Virus record (IMG/VR): IMGVR_UViG_3300010883_027240
Span: 6,843-70,842 of that record
Direction: 5' to 3' (one strand)
Length of the DNA stretch: 64,000 bases
DNA from: a virus
Positions 38,740-47,683 of this stretch are shown in pieces (position 1 is the stretch's first letter; each line of letters starts with the position of its first letter). A program made the translations under genes and the position numbers. The notes under the pieces were generated by a model. That model was not told the origin of the DNA. It made no database searches and saw only the letters and a program-made list of their open reading frames with translations.

Positions 38740-41700
38740 ATGGCAGTAAATCTAGTTAAGTCAAACATAAAATGTAAAGTTGACTTAAAAGAAGTTGAAA
38801 AACCTACAACTTTAATAATATCAAGTACTATTGATGAATTTGATAATCTTGACAGTGAACAGGAAATTGCATTTAATAGTGTTGATTCGTCAGCACAATT
38901 TAAAATCTTAAGTGAGGTGGGCATGAGCCCGCTTAAGGCAGTTCTCTTAGCAAGTACAGAATATATTCCAATCGGCGCCGGCGAAGATTTTTCAAATAAT
39001 ACAATAAAAGTAAAGTTGGGAGAAGATAAGACAGCTGTATCAGTTAATAACATTGCAAGATTAATGGTATTACATAGACAAATTCGTGCAGTAACACTCC
39101 GCTCAGCAGACAAGCTTATGAACGAAGCGAAAGGTTACGATGTTCATAAATTTTATAAAGTTTCTAGACCTCTTATAAAAAAGATGTATCGTTCGATAGT
39201 GAAAGAAACTATAGAGAAAACTGTAGATGCTGCAATTTATGAGCTTAAACGAACAGGACAAACTTTTATATTCCTCAACAGAGGCCTACCTAGAAACTTT
39301 TCGATAAAAACGGCCTCAGCAACTGATACAGCCTATGATGCAGCATTTTCAAACTCTAGCACCACTACTTCTAGCACCTCTACTATCCAGCCGGCCCAAA
39401 CGATCACCGCTGCCGTCACTAAGCTTGCAAGTAGCAATCCCAGCAATGGGTTTGTAAGGGCTCTAGCAAAAGATAAAGAAAGGGATGCTTTTTTCAGGAC
39501 GCTTGTTGAATATACAATTCACGAAGTCTTGATTGCTGATGTTATTAAATACTTATCTGGCATTTTTAGAATGAAGTTTTTTTTAGAATCAAGATATTCT
39601 ATAGACAGAATCACTGATAAGCATATGGATTCAAATGTTTACATTCCATACGCGATAAGAGACGCAATGAAAGAATTTGTTGGAACATACACACTAAATG
39701 ATAGAACATTTAAAAACGGCGACGAAGATTATAAAGAGAGTATACAAGAAAAATTATCTTCTTTGATAGCAGCACAGTCCTTGGAATTATCCAAAGAAAA
39801 TTCTGAATTATCGTCAGAAGTAGGTTCATCTATCTTAGCAGTACAAGCAGGGCTTAGCACACTAAAGTCAGTTTCTGGGTATAGATCACAGCTTTCAAGA
39901 GTGGCTGGAGTTGACTCATATCAAGCATCACCAGAACCTGGAAAACTTTGGAATTATAGTGTTGGTAACGACATCGCGATCGCGATGTTATATATTAAGA
40001 GGTTATCATTATTTACGCTAGCACACGGTGGTATGGCTACAGATGAGCATCGCAGTGGGCAGCTCACAAACTTTCAAAATATAAGAGCTTTTTTACCTTA
40101 CAACGTTAGATCAGCAGCAGCGAAGATAGGAAATACAGATGGCTCTGTAGTTCGTACAGGTACAGATGATCGTCGGGCTTGGGCAGAACTCTTAGTTGCA
40201 TCAATATTTGATACACTTACATCAATACAAAAAGAAAACTTACAAGAAGGTAAAAAGAAAAAAGCAATTAAATTTCTACGCGGAAGTGCAGGTACCGCCG
40301 GGTACAGAGGACATCCAATAGGTATAAAGAAATACTTTAAGGTAATGTTTGGAGATTATGCAGAAGAAATGATGATTAGTCCAAAAAGAGCATTCGGCGA
40401 ATTGGACATGATTTCTAAGCTAGATACCATGGACAAGCATATAACATTTGAAAACCCATCGATTAATCCTGATAAAGATTTGGGATTGTTTACAGAAAAA
40501 CTTAACAAAGCGAACTTTCAAAATAATAAAAGATTTATTCCTTTTGAGTCAAAGTCAGGATTATTTGGTACTAAAAATGCACTAACTGGCCCAGAGTATT
40601 TTTTGGATGAAGCAATACACAGAGGCGACTTCGAGTTAACAGAAGCGTTTGAATTTATAGAGCAGTATAAAAAATTTGGGGAATATTACTTTGAAGATAT
40701 TATCGCCTTGTCAGGGGTAAACTATGCAGAAGAAGTTTTTGAAAAGATTTGTCATGATATTTCAGAAGAGTTTTACGCAGCTTCAACCAGTAAAGAAAAG
40801 TACAGGGAATCTATGCCTTTTATTGCAATGCTAGTTGGAGATGACACTTGGGAAGGTAAGGATCTTTTTCCTTCTGCATTTTTTGGTCTAAAAGTAGACA
40901 GTGGTAATGCAGGTGCAGAGGTTAATACTTTTCATCGACCGAAGGTTCCCGGCACTTATCCGTTTGACTCAACAGATAATACAGAACTCGCGAGAAAAAT
41001 ACAAGATGGTCCTGGGGATCTCGAACCCGCGTATGATATAATTAGAGAGGAAGGTGCAAGACGTGCCATGCGATATAGAAACAATGAGGCACTAAAGTAT
41101 TTTTTAAGAACTACTTGCGATATCAACGATCAACACCTAGCATACTTTAGACCGTCAAAAGTTCGAGCTTCGAATAAATCAACTGATGATAGCACAACTA
41201 ATTTTACTAACAATGCGTACTTTTGGGATTGTGCAGGAGAAAAATACAAAGGTCTTAATGGTCAAAAATATACGTCAAACGATAATGAATTTGCAAGGAT
41301 AGACTTAAAAAGAATAAATAGTTATACTGGAAACAGGCGAGGCAACATTAGTTTTAAAAAAGAGACTGATCTTATAAAAGTTGCAGCAGGCTCACAATTT
41401 ATCGCTCCTTATCTAATACCTAGATATAATGGTTCGAGCGACAGCATGAACAATCTACAGACTTCGCTTGACAAATATGGTATTAGATTCACTGCAGGCG
41501 CGCCAACCTCACTTAGAAACTTTGTAAAATTTAAGCACTTTAATAAACCTATTAATGAAAAAGGCAGGCTAAACAGCATTGGAGACTTCAGGAGTACTTT
41601 AAAGAAATCAACTGTCCAGCCGGTCGGCGGCGAACTCAATGTTGCAGACCGCGCTCCAAATTATATGCCTGGGCAGGCAGCTCACTATCTTTCCGAAAAG

Positions 41701-43554
41701 AATTGTGGAGAGTTTTTTAATCTTGGAGAACACCACAGAGCATTGATATTTTTTAGATGGATTCAGTCAATAATGAAGAAATCATTAACAGTAGCAATTG
41801 ATTCTGTCAATCCTGTAGGTGAAAGAAATTCAATGATTAGAATTTCCGGGCTCGCTTTCGAGATGCAAGGAATTGCACTTGCTTTTGATAGAGCATCAAC
41901 TGGCATGAGGCTTGGAGGGCTCAAAAACAGTGATATAAAGTGGATTCAAGAGGATGGAGTTGGGCAAACCGGCTGGGGAGACAATCCAAGACTTGCCGTC
42001 AAAGAAACTGCAATTGAGACATGTAATCACCTTAAAATGGCTAGAAATTTATTGATAAAAAGAAAGAGGCAAATATATGCTTCAGCACTTATCTATTACA
42101 CGCATGCGCTGTACTTGGAAGAAAGCTTTAAGAGAATGAGAAGTTTTCTAAAAGGAGATACAGGGATGAAAAGTACAGAATTAATAAAAAATACGCTCTT
42201 TCAAGCAACAGACTATAACAGACTAATGACAATGCTGTCTCCTGAAGCAATTGAACAAATTCTTAATAGTCATGTCAATACATTTGTTTCATTACCTAAT
42301 AAGCTTTTCACGCCGGAAGACCAGTTCTTTCAAAGAAAATTTGATCTTTGCTTTAAGATACTCACCCAGCCCGGCTTCGGTCTTTTGAGTACAGAAAAAA
42401 GAGGAAATAAGACAGCGCTCCATGTCGGAATACCAAACTCTATGATAGAGATCATGAGAAAGAAAGCAGTCCAGTATACAGGCAATTCTAAATTTGCAAC
42501 AAGTAAGAACATTTGTATTAATGTTTTTAAAAAAAATGAACTAAACGCAGCAGAGGCATTGTATCCAAAAGTCTTTACTTTTGATACATCAAAATACATA
42601 CATGACTTTGATGTAAGGGGAAACCTTCACAAGCATATTAGAAATTTTAGCAAGTCTTGGTCAGCAAAAGAAGCTATTGATAACTTAGTGTTTACAAGCA
42701 TGACAAAATCGGGCAGCAAGAAACGGAGTGACAATAGTTTAACTAATGACACGAGAATTGTTTCATTTTCTCAGAAAGAAGCTAATGATGCTGGGAAAAT
42801 GCCAGATGCAGTTATTTCAAATCACGCAATGGACTATGCACTTAAGGCCTATTATAAGCTTTCGTTGGGCGTAGACTTTGGAGAATATAACTTTCCAATA
42901 GATTCTGAAGCGAATAGTCTTCACGGCCAGGGCGGCGGCTTTTCTGATGCAAAAAATGATATGCAAGATGACTTTGACTCGGTTATAACACAATTAAAAT
43001 CATTGTATCCTGCAGCTAATGTTGATGATGATCTTGCTAGAGAATTATTTAAAAATATTGAAACAATGGGCTCAAATCCTGTTTACACTCTGGCAAATAG
43101 ATTTAAAAGAGTCGTAGAACCTAAAAAGTTTGATAGAGTGTTTTCGTTTCTAGTAAATGATAAAGACTTTATAATACACCCAGACAGCGTAGGTAAAGAC
43201 TTCAATAGTATATACGCGCAAACGCCCAATTTTAATCTAACTTCTGAAATTGAAATATTGACAGGCGACGGATTATATACCTCAGGGCCGTTTGTTTCTG
43301 ATTACAGTTATGGTGGCTTCGATGGAGTATTGGGCGGCCGCACTTTTGCAGATCAGAGTGTTTTAAGAAAATACAAAGATTCTACCAGAGAAGATTTTCC
43401 AGAAGTTTATAGCTATTATATCACTGTGTCACTATTGACAGATGATGCTCACAATCCTGAAGAATTCGTCGACCCCACAAAGATGGAAGCAGTTTCATCA
43501 CCTACTAATGCAAATCAATTTAATAAAAAAAGTCAAATACATAAAAACTTTTAA
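38740..43554 (+). CDS. Very large hypothetical protein, probably virion-associated
   Basis: 1604-aa uninterrupted ORF in the structural module; no recognisable motif. Confidence 0.6.
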   Translation: MAVNLVKSNIKCKVDLKEVEKPTTLIISSTIDEFDNLDSEQEIAFNSVDSSAQFKILSEVGMSPLKAVLLASTEYIPIGAGEDFSNNTIKVKLGEDKTAVSVNNIARLMVLHRQIRAVTLRSADKLMNEAKGYDVHKFYKVSRPLIKKMYRSIVKETIEKTVDAAIYELKRTGQTFIFLNRGLPRNFSIKTASATDTAYDAAFSNSSTTTSSTSTIQPAQTITAAVTKLASSNPSNGFVRALAKDKERDAFFRTLVEYTIHEVLIADVIKYLSGIFRMKFFLESRYSIDRITDKHMDSNVYIPYAIRDAMKEFVGTYTLNDRTFKNGDEDYKESIQEKLSSLIAAQSLELSKENSELSSEVGSSILAVQAGLSTLKSVSGYRSQLSRVAGVDSYQASPEPGKLWNYSVGNDIAIAMLYIKRLSLFTLAHGGMATDEHRSGQLTNFQNIRAFLPYNVRSAAAKIGNTDGSVVRTGTDDRRAWAELLVASIFDTLTSIQKENLQEGKKKKAIKFLRGSAGTAGYRGHPIGIKKYFKVMFGDYAEEMMISPKRAFGELDMISKLDTMDKHITFENPSINPDKDLGLFTEKLNKANFQNNKRFIPFESKSGLFGTKNALTGPEYFLDEAIHRGDFELTEAFEFIEQYKKFGEYYFEDIIALSGVNYAEEVFEKICHDISEEFYAASTSKEKYRESMPFIAMLVGDDTWEGKDLFPSAFFGLKVDSGNAGAEVNTFHRPKVPGTYPFDSTDNTELARKIQDGPGDLEPAYDIIREEGARRAMRYRNNEALKYFLRTTCDINDQHLAYFRPSKVRASNKSTDDSTTNFTNNAYFWDCAGEKYKGLNGQKYTSNDNEFARIDLKRINSYTGNRRGNISFKKETDLIKVAAGSQFIAPYLIPRYNGSSDSMNNLQTSLDKYGIRFTAGAPTSLRNFVKFKHFNKPINEKGRLNSIGDFRSTLKKSTVQPVGGELNVADRAPNYMPGQAAHYLSEKNCGEFFNLGEHHRALIFFRWIQSIMKKSLTVAIDSVNPVGERNSMIRISGLAFEMQGIALAFDRASTGMRLGGLKNSDIKWIQEDGVGQTGWGDNPRLAVKETAIETCNHLKMARNLLIKRKRQIYASALIYYTHALYLEESFKRMRSFLKGDTGMKSTELIKNTLFQATDYNRLMTMLSPEAIEQILNSHVNTFVSLPNKLFTPEDQFFQRKFDLCFKILTQPGFGLLSTEKRGNKTALHVGIPNSMIEIMRKKAVQYTGNSKFATSKNICINVFKKNELNAAEALYPKVFTFDTSKYIHDFDVRGNLHKHIRNFSKSWSAKEAIDNLVFTSMTKSGSKKRSDNSLTNDTRIVSFSQKEANDAGKMPDAVISNHAMDYALKAYYKLSLGVDFGEYNFPIDSEANSLHGQGGGFSDAKNDMQDDFDSVITQLKSLYPAANVDDDLARELFKNIETMGSNPVYTLANRFKRVVEPKKFDRVFSFLVNDKDFIIHPDSVGKDFNSIYAQTPNFNLTSEIEILTGDGLYTSGPFVSDYSYGGFDGVLGGRTFADQSVLRKYKDSTREDFPEVYSYYITVSLLTDDAHNPEEFVDPTKMEAVSSPTNANQFNKKSQIHKNF

Positions 43555-43568
43555 TGTGAGGAGAAATC

Positions 43569-45740
43569 ATGCCCGCCAACCCGACTCACGGCAGCAAAGG
43601 AAAAGCAGTATCCACAAAGTCTGCATCGAAAGCCTCTGTTGCCAAGCCAGCCCATCCAACAATAATAATTCCTGGAATACATCATGAGGCTCAAGAATTA
43701 GCAGGTCTTGAAAATGCAATAGTAGAAAAACATTCTGAACAATTAGGCGCATATCAAACTGCACAGACTTACGACTCTTATGCATCTTTGTCTGCCTTGA
43801 GAATTAATGTACCTGAAGTTACAAATCAAAAAGCATCATTTGTTTACAACTACTTTACTGCAGACGAGAGGATAAAATTCGATCCTGAAAACAAGGTCTT
43901 AGATATTTCTAAAAGCAATCACGATGAGCTGTTTTTTCAGATAAAAAATGACAATATTCCAAGATTTGTAAAGTTATCTTTTACTCCACCTAAAAAACAC
44001 GGTTTGATCAAAAGCGAAACAGACAAAGACGTAATTTTAAGTAACATCGATAAAATTTTAATTGAAGGCTCTTCTACAAATCAATTCTATACAGGCTTTG
44101 AACTTCTTGATACAGGCGCAGAATCTGAACTTTATAAGCGCTTAAACGGCGGAATGTTTTTTATGGAAGTTGATACACCGAAAAATTCGCCTGCCGACTC
44201 ACTAGATGCACTTCTGGATAAGTTAAATGAAAATGCAGACATCGAAGATACGGGTACGCTAACCGGCCAGGATAAGAAACTTTTAAAATCAGCGCTAAGA
44301 AATATTCAACCATCCGGCGGAGTCGCAGGAAAACTATCAACAGCACCTACAGATGTTTCTCCAGAAATAGCAAATTTTGCCAATGACCCGGTTCAAAGGC
44401 AGAGTTTTTCACTTCAGTTTGACAATATAATTTTAAGACAATTGACAGAATCAGCTACTAGAATTCCAGATACAGTTTTTCAAGACGAATTTTTTAGTAT
44501 TAATGAAGTATCAAAAGACCTAGAGGCGTCAAATTTAAAAAGGCATGACCCGAATGCAGTCGGCGAAAAGTATAGTTCTTTTACTGTTATTCCAATCAAG
44601 GTAAGACCCTATGGGAAATCAATGCATGGAAGACGACCTCGCCCGTTTCAAGAAGCTGAATCAGAGAAATCCAAAGTACCAATGGCTGCTTTTGCAGAAT
44701 ACCCAAAAATAAAAATAGTAGGATACGTTGTACAAAAATTCGAAACAAACGAAGAGGGCACATTAATAAATCATGGAATGTTATTTTCAGATAACCCTGA
44801 CGGCTTGTATATTATTGATAAAAAAATTAGATACGGAGGCTCTTATACTTACAAGATAAGATCGCTTTACGAAATTGAAATGTTTTCAGAAATTCGTTAT
44901 TCAGGAGATGCATCGCTAACTGATAGTGCGATTTGCAATATTTTAGTCGCATCAGAAGGTAAGTTAACATCTGTTAGCTGCGTTGAAAATATTCCACCGC
45001 CCCCACCTCAAAACCTTAGAGCAAGTTTTAACTTTAGAGAAAAAAAGCCTCATCTATCATGGGAGTTTCCTATCAATCCTCAGCGTGACATAAAAAGATT
45101 TCAAATCTTTAAGCGAAAAAACACTAATGTTCCATTTAGACTAATAATGGAGTATGACTTTGATAATTCTGCCATTAGATCAGGTGTACCTGAAGTAGCA
45201 ACAAATGATAGAATAAAGCGTTTTGACTCACCGCGAATTACTTTTCTTGATGAAGAGTTTGAAATAGGTGAGTCACCTATCTATACAATAGCATCTGTAG
45301 ATGCACACGGAATGTCTTCCAACTATGGCGTCCAAATGAGAGTATCTTATGATGAAAGAAAAAACAAAGTCAAAAAAGAATTTATTAGTCCACCAGGCGC
45401 CCCAAAACCGTATCCTAACTTATTATTAGCGGTAGACGCATTTGAAGATTCAATAAGAGTTAGTGATTATGATAGGATGAGGATTTACTTCGATCCAGAA
45501 TATTATAAGGTTTACAAGACACACGGGCAACTTGCAAATCAGCAAGTACAAAATGATTTAAATTTTTTAAGGATTGATCCTAACAAAGATACGTATAAGA
45601 TACATATGATTAACTTAGATCTACAAAAAGACAAAATATTAAATATTAAGCTTGCTGACAAGAGCGGTTCACCAAACACTTCTGCTACGCCGGCGACATT
45701 TTCAAAAAATAGTTTAAACTTTGAATTTGGCACTGATTGA
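43569..45740 (+). CDS. Putative structural protein with fibronectin-III-like domains
   Basis: YGGSYTYKIRS, PPPPPQNL...LSW..P...IKRFQIFKR and YTIASVDAHGMSSNY. Confidence 0.65.
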   Translation: MPANPTHGSKGKAVSTKSASKASVAKPAHPTIIIPGIHHEAQELAGLENAIVEKHSEQLGAYQTAQTYDSYASLSALRINVPEVTNQKASFVYNYFTADERIKFDPENKVLDISKSNHDELFFQIKNDNIPRFVKLSFTPPKKHGLIKSETDKDVILSNIDKILIEGSSTNQFYTGFELLDTGAESELYKRLNGGMFFMEVDTPKNSPADSLDALLDKLNENADIEDTGTLTGQDKKLLKSALRNIQPSGGVAGKLSTAPTDVSPEIANFANDPVQRQSFSLQFDNIILRQLTESATRIPDTVFQDEFFSINEVSKDLEASNLKRHDPNAVGEKYSSFTVIPIKVRPYGKSMHGRRPRPFQEAESEKSKVPMAAFAEYPKIKIVGYVVQKFETNEEGTLINHGMLFSDNPDGLYIIDKKIRYGGSYTYKIRSLYEIEMFSEIRYSGDASLTDSAICNILVASEGKLTSVSCVENIPPPPPQNLRASFNFREKKPHLSWEFPINPQRDIKRFQIFKRKNTNVPFRLIMEYDFDNSAIRSGVPEVATNDRIKRFDSPRITFLDEEFEIGESPIYTIASVDAHGMSSNYGVQMRVSYDERKNKVKKEFISPPGAPKPYPNLLLAVDAFEDSIRVSDYDRMRIYFDPEYYKVYKTHGQLANQQVQNDLNFLRIDPNKDTYKIHMINLDLQKDKILNIKLADKSGSPNTSATPATFSKNSLNFEFGTD

Positions 45741-45761
45741 TAGGACTATTTTTTCTTGAGT

Positions 45762-45769
45762 ATAATTAT
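45762..45769 (+). promoter_or_regulatory. Candidate phage late promoter (ATAATTAT)
   Basis: Intergenic, followed by a strong AAGGAG RBS and the ATG at 45787. Confidence 0.5.
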
Positions 45770-45786
45770 AAAAAAAGGAGAATTTT

Positions 45787-46479
45787 ATGGGATTTCTTGA
45801 CCACAGCACGAACAACATTATAGTCGATGCTGTTTTAACAGATCTGGGAAGACAATCTTTAGCTAAAAATGATGGTTCTTTTCAAATATATCAGTTCGCG
45901 CTAGGCGATGATGAAGTAGACTATACGATAGTCCAACAGTTTGGAAGAACCGTAGGTAGGGAAAAAATTGAAAAAAATACACCTGTTATTGAGGCTTTAA
46001 CAGCAGGAAGTTTAGGGTTAAAACATAAGCTATTGAGTATTTCAGATGAATTTTTATCTCACTTGCCAGTTTTAGAGCTTTCTGTTGAAAATGATACATC
46101 TGGAATTACAGTAATGGATAGATCTAATATGACAACAAGGAAGATAACTGTAACTGTATCATCAAAAGTTAATGCAGGAATAGAGCCTGATCTTCTAGAT
46201 GGAGAATTTAGAATTGAACTTAACGACCTATTCTTTAGAATACAAGGCGAGACACCCGATGTCCAGTTTACAGACAATATGGCTATTTATAGATTTCCTG
46301 CAACATTCGGTAGTCTAGGAGCTTCTGTTACTACAACTTTACCTATTGAACTAAAAGGTTTTTCACCTGCTGTATTTAAAGCATATAGTATTTCTGGTGG
46401 TAATAAGATTAGAACTTTTATTAAAGTGACAGGCGTAAATTCAGGCCTCACTCAGAACATAGAAGTTCAGATAACTTAA
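45787..46479 (+). CDS. Virion structural protein (tail-collar/baseplate-like N-terminus)
   Basis: DAVLTDLGRQSLA...IYQFALGDDEVDY resembles the start of tail-collar fibre domains. Confidence 0.65.
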   Translation: MGFLDHSTNNIIVDAVLTDLGRQSLAKNDGSFQIYQFALGDDEVDYTIVQQFGRTVGREKIEKNTPVIEALTAGSLGLKHKLLSISDEFLSHLPVLELSVENDTSGITVMDRSNMTTRKITVTVSSKVNAGIEPDLLDGEFRIELNDLFFRIQGETPDVQFTDNMAIYRFPATFGSLGASVTTTLPIELKGFSPAVFKAYSISGGNKIRTFIKVTGVNSGLTQNIEVQIT

Positions 46480-46494
46480 TTCTTAGAGGAAACA

Positions 46495-47673
46495 ATGGCA
46501 ACATTTAAAACGATATCAAGTGCAGACATCAAGACAACAAGAACAACACTAAATCAATTAGTTGATTTTATTGAAGAAGATCTTTCAGGATCTTCGACAA
46601 GGAAAAGGTATGAGGTTTTTGTTACTTCTTCTGGGGGTAAAGCACTTACGTCATCTCTATTTCATACTGTATATGATCAGCAACATAATTTGCAAACTGC
46701 AAATGAAATTATGGATTTGACATATGGAGTATTTTCAGGATCAGGACATGTTTCTTCTGCATCAATAGGTGTAGATACAAATGGAAAAATTCTATTTAAT
46801 GTTTCTTCGTCTATGATGAGAGAAAAAATTAACATCTATAGACAATATTCACAGACCCTTCTTGGCGATGCAAATATACAATTTTCTGCACCTTTTGCTA
46901 GTTCAACATCGTCTGACAAGATTGAAACAGCACTATTCTTGAACTTTAAGAGACTTTTTGTAAGAGACGGTATTAAACGAGAATCTTTTGCAATGAGATT
47001 TTATCAGTCATCTTCAGGCCCAGGCAACGACAATATTTCGCAATTGACAGCTGTACACCCACCTTCAGGTGCTGTTATCTTTACTGATGTAGGGTCTGCA
47101 GCTGCTCTAGAAAGATCACAGTACGGAGGCGATGTAGGAAATCTTGTACTTGCTTCAGACACATCAAGAACTGTAGGGCTTCTATTTTATCAACAAGGGA
47201 TAGCGATCCTCGATTTGAAAAAAGCACTAGACGCTGATCAGAAATTGACTGGATCGATTCCTACATGCATTAGTTCTGCTGATTCTGTAATAAGCGCATC
47301 TTTTGTTCCTCACTTTGTTAATTCTGCGTCTATTGATACAATCTTGGATCATATCGCAACGTCAAGATTTAGCAGCGGTTCTAATACATGCATAACATTT
47401 CAAAACAATACACAGATAAATTCAACGCTTGTTTTCTGTCGTGCAACAGCTGATGAGTTTAACTATTCTTCAAATCCGACGTTCACGAATGCAGCAGGCA
47501 GAATCTTGGTGAAGGATGAGTCTGAAGCGGGAACTCAAAAGTCATTCTCTTTCGTTACGACAATCGGTCTTTACGATGCTAACGAGGAGCTACTTGCAAC
47601 TGCTAAGCTCTCAAGGCCCGTTGAGAAAAACGACGAAAAGGATTTGACATTTAGAGTCCGCCTAGACTTCTAA
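46495..47673 (+). CDS. Virion structural protein (tail-collar-like C-terminus)
   Basis: FNYSSNPTF...TTIGLYDANEELLATAKLSRPVEK...RVRLDF. Confidence 0.7.
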   Translation: MATFKTISSADIKTTRTTLNQLVDFIEEDLSGSSTRKRYEVFVTSSGGKALTSSLFHTVYDQQHNLQTANEIMDLTYGVFSGSGHVSSASIGVDTNGKILFNVSSSMMREKINIYRQYSQTLLGDANIQFSAPFASSTSSDKIETALFLNFKRLFVRDGIKRESFAMRFYQSSSGPGNDNISQLTAVHPPSGAVIFTDVGSAAALERSQYGGDVGNLVLASDTSRTVGLLFYQQGIAILDLKKALDADQKLTGSIPTCISSADSVISASFVPHFVNSASIDTILDHIATSRFSSGSNTCITFQNNTQINSTLVFCRATADEFNYSSNPTFTNAAGRILVKDESEAGTQKSFSFVTTIGLYDANEELLATAKLSRPVEKNDEKDLTFRVRLDF

Positions 47674-47683
47674 CGAGGCGATT

